NCBI GenBank assembly: GCA_004764695.1
Contig: SMSO01000031.1
Location: forward strand, 1,402,436 to 1,466,435
Origin: Schizochytrium sp. TIO01
Lineage: Eukaryota; Protista; Bigyra: Labyrinthulomycetes
Reading direction: 5' to 3'
DNA: 64,000 bases
Shown here: in pieces, positions 36,660 to 45,693 of the stretch
How the letters are laid out: every line of letters starts with the position of its first letter
Numbering within the stretch: the first letter of the stretch is position 1
Made by a program: the position numbers and the translations under genes
The notes under the pieces: generated by a model
Databases searched by the model: none
What the model was told of the DNA's origin: nothing
What the model saw: only the letters and a program-made list of their open reading frames with translations

Positions 36660-38794
36660 CAAGGAAACAACTGTAGCATTTGTTTCCACTGCCACACGAT
36701 ATCAAGACTCTGCAACATTGCAAATACGAAAATATCGTGTAATACCTCGGGAGAAAACACACACGGAAGATCCATGAGCATCTTCCTCAAGTATGCTCAT
36801 TACTTGAGCGTCTCCACACACTTGAAGAATTGGTGGATTCAAATATGGTAACTTCTCCTCTATCTCTATTTTGATGGAAACCTGCATGGTGGCGTCAAAG
36901 ATGGCAGTTGCTTGGTTTACCACCTAGGCGCAGTCAAAGTAGCAGAGTTTGGCGTGTCCAAATGCTTCTGTGAAAGTATATCAAGCAACTTGTAAGCCTT
37001 GCCCAGAAAGCAAGCTTTGGAGCCTTGCTGACAGGTTTATTCCCAAAGGTTTATTCTCTCTTCCTTTGCTATTTACATAGCTCTCATTGGTTACCAGCCT
37101 AGCCCGCTCTTCCGAGGCTCACATTTCTCTTTGGAGGGCGGCAGCCAAGATAGGATGATGTCACAACAGGGCAGGTCACCAGACAAGCCTTTCTCTCAAG
37201 TTTGGCGGATTTGGCACGATCTTTGACTTTATTTATTTTTTATTTGTGTTCCAAAGACAACGGTTCATATAGCACATTGTTTCCTCATTTTGATTCATTA
37301 TTTGCAGTAGGTAAATGCGAATTTGCCATTTTTAGGAGTAAAAAAATATCGCTGATGTATTTACACATGCTCCAAACACGACGAGAAGTCTAACTCAATG
37401 TGCAGAAAGCTTCGGAGAGAATACACGAGACGACGATGCTCTAGTCAAACTATCAGGGCCTGAGCTAGAGGAGCAGACAGACCAAGATTCGAGATATAGT
37501 GTCTGTTTGTTCCAGAAATGCCAAGTTCAATACGCACCTACAACCTTGAAAGTGTACAACTTTGTGATCGAAGCCTGTCATGAGAAAAGGATTTAAGGCG
37601 TCACCCTTTGCAATGTTCTGTTACACCAAACAGCTCCACATTTATTCATGGACTCCCCAAACATCCACAGGTTGTCAAATTTTCCGAACCAAAAAGGCCA
37701 TTGTGCGATTGACCGGTGACCTGGTTATTACCCTGTTGCTAGAAACTCGATTGCTGCTTAAAGCAAGCATACCAGCAAATATTATGTAGTTGGGGATTAC
37801 CCGCAGATATGCTGACATATAGGTTTTATTCCAGTCACACTTCCGTTCTAAACAAGTGGTGCAAGTTCATAGAACATGCTTCATGATCATCCCTGACGAA
37901 GCGCTCTGTCCCAACTTCTCAAATGGGGGGCAAATACACTTCCCACATGTGGCCTCATGTCGGGGAAGCCTTGGGTAGTTTGAAACATTTTGGGCCATAC
38001 TTTGGGGCAAACACTCTTAGAATCATTGATTTGGCACCCCAGTTCACTGCGTACACAGCCTCGCCACATTTTGCGCGTCCAGCAATCTCATAGCATGCGC
38101 CAGTGCCCCGACCAGGTCTAGGCCGCGCGCCAACCAGCACACGAGTCTTTGGAAGTAGGTTCATCTCGTTCGTCGGATGTGTTGCATACAGCGCGAAGAG
38201 CGTCATCCAAACTGTGCGTAGCCTCAAAATGTGACAGATCACCAATGGGTACTAAGCGCTCTCTGATGAGATTAGATCTTGAACTGCAGACTACATCACA
38301 CTTCATGTAAACCAGGCTTTCTGGGGAGCGGAGGTGCTTGGCAGAGCTCTTCAGGTGCGCAGTGTCAACATGTCTACCATTTGATAGTCCAGTAAGCTCT
38401 CTGATAACTCCTGACGCAGATACAACTCATCTGCCAATTACGAGCTGCTGGCTTGGAGCGTACAAGATTTGATTCTCGTAGAACAAGTTGTACGATACAA
38501 CCTTTGTCACCTCCAGGGATCCGTCAATCTTATAGAGACCAGCGTCGCTCGGGTTTTCCTCTTGACTTATATAACTTACCACGTAAAGGCGACCTGCCAG
38601 GGAAGGTGAGCTCCAATGCCTAGCTCGCCTAAATAAGTCTTTGATGAGAAAGATGTTTGCATCGAAATGCCTCGGGTGCCCTAGTCTCGGTCCAAATTAA
38701 AAGACTGTACCGTGATTTGAGTGTTAGCTTATTGCATTTGCATGCATCACGATTGATACAGAGCGATGCAAAGCAAACAAACTAGGAGTTTCAT
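36660..38794 (-). pseudogene. Decayed gene for a secreted, bacterial-type uncharacterised (probably beta-propeller) protein
   Basis: Hand translation across stops and frameshifts: MKLLVCLLCIAL (signal-like, ATG 38794)...GELGIGAHLPW-AGRLYVVSY...QQLVIGR*...AKHLRSPESLVY...EAVYAVNWGAKSMILRV...FKLPKASPT*GHMW...EVGTERF...FYELAPLV*NGSVTGIKPICQH-LRVIPNY..GMLAL...WFGKFDNLWMFG...NPFLMTGFDHKVVHF. The 3' boundary is approximate. Confidence 0.72.
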
Positions 38795-40905
38795 GGGTCT
38801 CAGAAAGGCGCTTCAACACCCTGTGCCAAGCCTATGTTTTGAGGCTCAATGCCACATCCTTGCTTCCAGCAACTTGCATGTTCGCCTGTCTGCCTGGCTA
38901 CGATGTTGGTCGTCGTCTCTGTCCTTCTCGCAGAGCCAAAAATCCCTCGCCGTTAGCGCGCAAGAGGGTTCTCAGGGGCTGTTTTTGCAGACCTTTGCTG
39001 GCGACCTAGTCTTCTCCTCCTGGGAGCATCGGCAGCCAGCTAAAGGACTGGGCTTGCTTGGCCTCCCCCCGAGGCCTTTCAAGTGTCTCTATCTCGAAGT
39101 CTGACAGCAACACGAGTGAGCATCGAAGATCTTAATCTAAGCAATTAATCATTTGGACAGCTGAAAATCTATATTATCTGCAGTGCGCATACTCGGCGTT
39201 TCACTAAAGGTCTTTGAGGGGGGGGAAAGCTCTACGGAGCAATTCGCAATTATCCAACATCATATGAAGGGCGGGCGGCATATACAGAACCACATTCTTA
39301 ATTCTACCAGCAGGTAGTAAGTAGTAAAATATTGTTAGCTTTAAGTATCAAGAGAACAGCTTCGTGACAAGTCTATATACCAACAGTTGTTTCATTTAAC
39401 CCTAGCTTATCCTTAAAAAAACACACACACAACAGTTCTTCTCGATTCTTGCAGATATTTATATGAACTTGGAGGGCATTCACAAAGTTCTGTAGGAAGC
39501 ATTAAATGCATGTTTGTATGGGTAGACTAAATTTCTACGAAGCACCATCATACTTGGTTCTTAAATTCAGCCGTTTTCTATTTTTTTTTGTTGAGCTGTC
39601 CTGGCATTATAAACATCAATACTTGCTTCAATTACGTATTAATACTTTTAAAGTCCAGAATATACTCCACACCAGCACTCTGAATTTCCCATATTGTAAA
39701 ATAAACATGAGGTAAATTGAACTTGTGCATCAATAAAAATACTAAAAGAAACCTCCTACCGTGGCTATTAGTTACGGACTAGGTTCAACCTATATTTATT
39801 CATACTGTTCCTCTTAACTTTATGTTATTGACTTACTTAATGTTCTTTGATACTGTCTTTCTTTGGCGCACGCTTTACTAATACTTAATTACAGACTACG
39901 CTCACTAAGATGAAACATTAATGCTCACATAGTTCTTCCGTTCTAATTACGTTCTTCAAATTTTATACTTAAAGGTTCTTTCCTACTTAAGAGCTCTATG
40001 GAACCGTTCTATTCTCATTGGGCTCAGAATCAGGCACGCTAAAATTCGACATTTAGACGAGCGAAGAAGGCTATTCTCAACCCAATGCTCAGCCACAATA
40101 TCATGCAAGATAATAAGACTGTTCGATATTCATTCTAGTTTTCAATTCATTCACATGCCGTGAGCGATATAGTAGCAGAAGAAACAATTCCTGAAAATTG
40201 AGAGCGAAAACGCGCACCTCGGACTGTGGAGCTGCTACGCACGTCTATAATTATGGCATACACTTTTGCACACGCTTAGCAACTAACATCCAATGACGTG
40301 TGCTTTTGCCCTTCTAAAGTCGAAGAGAAATGCATCTCTCCTTCCGTTTGTGAGTAGGGATAGAATAAGTCTAATATTACAAGAATAAACACCACCTTGA
40401 GTTGGCTAATAAATGCTGATAGGGATTCAAGAAAAGAGGAAGGGGCAAAATAGCAGATTGTTCTCGGATCACTCTTAAGAATTTGTGAAACTTGGCGACG
40501 TCGGCGCTTGAGCAATCGAAATAAGGCGAGGTAAGACAAGTGAATGAAAAGGGTTTTGAATAGATAAATATTTCATGGTTCTCTGATATGGGCCTGTAGA
40601 CTTCGTAACTTCATAAAGGAAGAATCAATCTTGGAAAGCAAGCTTTGAGCAACCTCTAAAAACTTTCGGCGCCAAGTAGGAGAAATAGCCTCGAGTTTTG
40701 AGCTACCCAATAATAATGGAACATCTATCATCTCACCAATCAAAACGACTATTTGAAGTTCCAACTTTAGATCATATTCGTAGTTGGGATAAGGAACACC
40801 ACCCAAATATACTAAAGTTACTACAATCTGTTGGGTGATTTGCAACAGCTTGTGCATATTTCGTGGACATGACTATAATGTAGCTCCAGCCTCCCTTCGG
40901 AGTTT

Positions 40906-41049
40906 GTAAGTTTGTAAAATAGTAAGTAAGTAAAATAGTAAGTATGTAAAATAGTAAGTAAGTAAAATAGTAAGTGTGTAAAATAGTAAGTGTGTAAAAT
41001 AGTAAGTTTGTAAAATAGTAAGTGAGTAAAATAGTAAGTATGTAAAATA
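40906..41049. repeat. 16-bp minisatellite GTAAGTnnGTAAAATA x9
   Basis: Nine head-to-tail units differing only at positions 7-8 (TT, AA, AT, AA, GT, GT, TT, GA, AT). Confidence 0.95.
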
Positions 41050-42843
41050 GCAACTAAGATACTTTAACATCACTTTTTCTAATTTAGCTAGTGGAGGTGA
41101 TCCTATTTTGAAGCAGCGGTCTTCCTGAAGTTTACATTCTTATTGCTCCCGGTTTGGGTATTGTATTTAACCAACTGTCTAACTAACCAATTAATTGACT
41201 AACTAACTAACTGATCAACCAACTAAGAAACTAAGAATCTGCGCCCCCCCTCGATAAGGTGAAAGATTAAATAAACACTAAAACGTTAAATTACAAACTT
41301 TGTTGCTTAAATAATTTGTTCTACTTATTCTCATAGAGCTACTCTGAAATTCATTCAAGATTTAGACGTCCTCAACTCAGTGCATGCGCAAGAATGAGAA
41401 TGCTTACTCCTTGTCTCACTTCTTATAGGTTGTTCACTGTCCATTTACCGTAGCAGGAACAAACAAATACTGAAACCTGCAAGTGGGGCGCTTCAAACTG
41501 TGGCGCCCGACCCGATTGTTAGAATAAGAATATAATTAGATTAAAATCTGATCTCTTCCGAGCTGAAGTTTTAAGCACTCACAAATCTTACATCGAGAAA
41601 TGCTCGACACTGATTCAACAACACAAGCTCGAGCAAGATTTCGCGGAATCCTGAGTTTCTAAAAGTTGGAATAGGCTGTGCTTCGGAGCTTTCTTGCACT
41701 TTTCTCTTGCCCAGACGTTGAGCGTTGCTTTGCGATGATCGACCACTATGTTGCCAAAAAAGCTGAGGTCTTGCGCGAACTCAAAAATGTTCTTACTGAC
41801 CGCCTCGAAACCAGCGATATCTCTCGTTTTCAACCAGGCTCAACAATCCCCATGTGTGCAAGGGCCATTTCTACACATCAGCTATCCACAGACAATCTCT
41901 AAAAGAATTTTGAGGCTGCTAGAAATAGTACAATTGACCCTTTCGACAAGAGGTATACGCAAAGGAGGCGTTCTGCTTCGAAACCTATTGGTTCAAGTTG
42001 TCTTTAACCAGTCCCCTGGGTAGTACTGAGTGCATATCTTTTACTTTCCTACGATCCAAAAGTACTTATTTTTTGATTTGATTTTCAAAGTTATTTGATT
42101 CTCAAGTTTTAATTTAAAAGGGAACAAATTAATAAATTTTACTAGTATACCTAGCTAGAACGGTGGATCTAGATCTTCGTAGCATTCTCAAGCAACTTCA
42201 GTAGGTAGTGCTGTCTAAAACGTAAACTATTCAGAACATACACTGCTCTACATGCAAGCAGTAAGAGGATGAGGGAAGAACTGTGCTTCAGAAAGCATTT
42301 ATATAACTCCTTCTTCAACTTTAAATTGGTGATTGATTTCATGGTTAAGACTGAATGACGAGAAACCAATAAATTCCTTTACCAGAAAATTAATTAAAGG
42401 AATACCTAGAAAAAGGTTGCATTGAACTATTGGAATAGTTTTTTTTATACTAAGAAAGTCAGTACGTAATGCATAGTCAGTCAGTACTGCTTAGTTTATT
42501 ATACATTACATTCGCGTACCCCTCTGGTATACTGTGCATCTGTCAGAGTAGCCAGGGCAAAGCGAGCGATCTTCATAATAGTAGGACAGTCGCGAAATCG
42601 AAACGGCACGCTTCTTAAAAAGGACCAAGAGTATATATATTTATAATATATACTATCTTATGTACTCTGCAATTTTTTTTAATTTTTTTTTAATTAAATA
42701 AAAGATTTATTAAAATGGAACGAAGTCAGGTGGCTCTGGTCGATTGCAGCATGCAAGATAATTTGGTGTGGCAAAGTCAAAATACAATTAACTTGAAGGC
42801 GGTAGTATACGGGGTCATACACTATATACACGTCACTGATGTC

Positions 42844-45201
42844 ATGAGCTCGAATCGCAAATCCGAAGTACTTTCCGAGGACGAAAACCGAGACGAGAAG
42901 AAGGATGTTGCCAAGATCGTTGTTCTGACAGCTGTGTGGTGGATAGGAAGCTCTGTATTTTCAGCATCGTCGAAAAATGCTCTTTTAGCGACAGATCTTG
43001 AGTATGTGCCAATTATTGTTGGTGTCTCGTTTGTCACATTCATCCAGCTCTTTATTGCAGCAATGCTTTCGCTTGCATTCCTCGCTGCCAAAGGCCAAGT
43101 GGAGAAGTGTTTCAACATCTTACGCCCATGCATAAAAATCGGAGTACTTCATGGTATTGGAAACCAAGCAACCAATTTCTTGGTTGTAACTGCCGGTGTC
43201 AGCGGGGCTCTTACATACAAGGCTGCCGAGCCTCTCTTTGTCATGCTTGTTCTCCGTGTTCTCGCGCCCCAACGCTTCAGTCAGGAAGCCACCACCTTGG
43301 GGCTTTCTTTCATGGGCTTAGTCTGTATCGGAGTTGCGATTGCAAGTTACCACCCGCCCTTTGTGTATACGGTATTGCTCGCTGCAGCCGCTTGCAATCT
43401 CATGTTTGGTGCGCGAACTGTGTACATCAAGGAACTTCGTTCTTCTCAACAAAACGAAGGAATGTACAGTATGATTAATATTTTTTTCATGACGTGTATC
43501 ATCGGGTGCCTCGTAACGGGTGTATTTTCGTTTATGGTCTTTATTGCTTTAGATTCTGGTGCACAAATGGCTGCTGTTTCTGCAGCATGCTCGAAATCTG
43601 CACTGGTCTCTTCACTCTTCTACTTTGTGTACAATTTGGTATCGTTTCTTGCACTCGATTTAGTATCAACACCTACGCATACACTTCTAAAATCAGGAAA
43701 AGGTCTAACGGTATTGGTAATGGCAGGATTTTTCCTCAAGGAAGAGTACAGCGTTCTACAGTGGTTCGGCCTTTATGTCGCAATGCTCGGCGTGACGCTT
43801 TTTTCCCATTCAAAGAGTACGAGTTCCACAGAGATAGGTGCATATGTGCGCGAAGCTGGTTTTCGAGTTCTCGCGCTTTCGCTTACTACAGTTACTTTTT
43901 TTGCAGTATCACGATTTCTTGACCAGGCGGACATGAGTACAATCACAGGGATGGATGCCTCCACCGTCTATGTAGAACCAGAGAGTTCTTTGTTGAGTCC
44001 GGGTGGTGTCGACAATATGGCAGGGAAGCAATACAAGCCCGAGTCAAGCTACTTGACTCCTTATGAACGTCGAGGTGACGCAGCAGCCTGGTTAACATGT
44101 CTGGGAGCAATCCAAGAGTTGCAATACGATTTACTCGAGGACATTTTCCAGATCAAAGAGGTTCGGGACAACCGCGTTCTCTACCTCGACCCAGCGCACC
44201 ACACGAATTTTGGTGACAATGCCCTGGCCGAAGGAGTACACCAGTTTCTGGGCCGTATGGGGTACGGATCTAGCACGACAACACAGTGCCGCTTGCATCA
44301 AGCTTCCAATGTCCTTCCTAATTGTAAAGAAGTCAATTTGGACAATCATTTTCTTGCGGTATGGCACCCTGGAGGAAATTTTGGCGACTTATGGTACACT
44401 AACCAAGTCAAAAGAATAGAGAGCTTTGAGTACCTTCTAGCTCGCAATATGACTGTGGTAAGCTTTCCCCAAAGCTACGAATATGGAAACAAGGAAACTG
44501 AAAAGAGCGATGCTTTGAAACTACAGGGATACATCGAAAAGACAGTTGGGCTGGAGAGAGCCAAGGAAAAAGTCATCCTCTTGTGGCGATCGCAACGAAG
44601 TCTAGACAAGGCATCTCAAGCATTCCCCTTCGTGCAGCACCGTCTCGTCCCTGACATGGCATTCGCTCTTCGCCCGATGTTACCTCGAAGAAAGTTTCTA
44701 GGCGGGCCGAAGGAGCAAGTGGATATTCTTTTCATCTGGCGCACTGACAAAGAAGGCCTCAATAGGAAGCAACGAAACTCTAATTGGGTAAACGATGCGC
44801 TCAGCACTATGGAAGGTGGAGAGTCGATAACATTTAAGATCGTAGACTGGCCTGATACTAATAAGTTCGCTCCTGCGAGTGGAAGCGGCCATATCAAAAA
44901 TGCGTGCGACAAGGATTTTGAACGAACATTTTCATCTAACCAAGCTTTGATCTCGCATGGCAAAGTCGTAATTTCGGACCGATTGCATGGTACTATCGTG
45001 TCCTTGCTGCATCGGATTCCTCATATTGCGCTGGAAAATACATATGGCAAGGTACGAGCAACACGTGACGCTGCCTTTGCTGCGCATGAAGCATGTCGTG
45101 ACGATGATGCAATGAACTATCGTTACACGGATGACATGTTAGAGGCCATGAGGCTTGCAATACATTTCCTTAAGTACAACGAATTCCCAGCAGTTGTTTA
45201 G
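42844..45201 (+). CDS. Fusion protein: TPT/SLC35E (phosphate/PEP translocator-like) domain + polysaccharide pyruvyltransferase
   Basis: N-half multi-TM with LHGIGNQATN, ALTYKAAEPLF, CNLMFGARTVYIK, YNLVSFLALDLVSTPTHTLLKSGK; C-half DPAHHTNFGDNAL, HPGGNFGDLW, SFPQS, VPDMAF, RTDKE, VISDRLHG..SLLHRIPHIALENTYGKV. One uninterrupted frame; likely start 42844 (in-frame ATG also at 42715). Confidence 0.9.
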   Translation: MSSNRKSEVLSEDENRDEKKDVAKIVVLTAVWWIGSSVFSASSKNALLATDLEYVPIIVGVSFVTFIQLFIAAMLSLAFLAAKGQVEKCFNILRPCIKIGVLHGIGNQATNFLVVTAGVSGALTYKAAEPLFVMLVLRVLAPQRFSQEATTLGLSFMGLVCIGVAIASYHPPFVYTVLLAAAACNLMFGARTVYIKELRSSQQNEGMYSMINIFFMTCIIGCLVTGVFSFMVFIALDSGAQMAAVSAACSKSALVSSLFYFVYNLVSFLALDLVSTPTHTLLKSGKGLTVLVMAGFFLKEEYSVLQWFGLYVAMLGVTLFSHSKSTSSTEIGAYVREAGFRVLALSLTTVTFFAVSRFLDQADMSTITGMDASTVYVEPESSLLSPGGVDNMAGKQYKPESSYLTPYERRGDAAAWLTCLGAIQELQYDLLEDIFQIKEVRDNRVLYLDPAHHTNFGDNALAEGVHQFLGRMGYGSSTTTQCRLHQASNVLPNCKEVNLDNHFLAVWHPGGNFGDLWYTNQVKRIESFEYLLARNMTVVSFPQSYEYGNKETEKSDALKLQGYIEKTVGLERAKEKVILLWRSQRSLDKASQAFPFVQHRLVPDMAFALRPMLPRRKFLGGPKEQVDILFIWRTDKEGLNRKQRNSNWVNDALSTMEGGESITFKIVDWPDTNKFAPASGSGHIKNACDKDFERTFSSNQALISHGKVVISDRLHGTIVSLLHRIPHIALENTYGKVRATRDAAFAAHEACRDDDAMNYRYTDDMLEAMRLAIHFLKYNEFPAVV

Positions 45202-45693
45202 AAAAGACAGAAACCCCCAGGCCAAATACTTTTGCAACCCTCATTATCCAGCCCGGAAAAAAGAGCTCAAACAAATTTCGATGATTTATAATAAACTTTT
45301 TTCATAAAATGTATTTCATGCGCACTGATGATTAACTGGTAGTAGTTGACTGTCGAGGCTTGCAACAAAATCTACATGCCAGACGTGTAATGCAGCATCA
45401 GTGGTAAATTGTTTCACGGTTTTGTGATGGCTTGTGAAAAACAAAATCAATATAAGAAAATACCACTACTGCAAATATGGGAGGAAGCATCAAAGTTCTC
45501 ATGATGTCTGAAGGAGTGGTGTTTTACTGCAAATATCTGGCCCGCTGGGGTGCGTGTTGGGGGGTGGGGTTGAAAGTCAAGAAGAGACACCGACGATTTG
45601 CGTGTCTTGCGCAATTCGAAATTCAAAGTTCACCATAAAGAGCATCCAGGTGCAAGATGAAGAATGACTGGGCGGAGGTTGACGTCCACATTT

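Noticed and set aside
40906-41049. CRISPR-like appearance of the repeat array
   Set aside because: Variable part is only 2 bp, the context is eukaryotic and there are no cas genes.
41501-41510. TGGCGCCCGA resembling a tRNA-Lys primer-binding site
   Set aside because: Only about 10 nt match; no LTR pair or gag/pol motifs seen.
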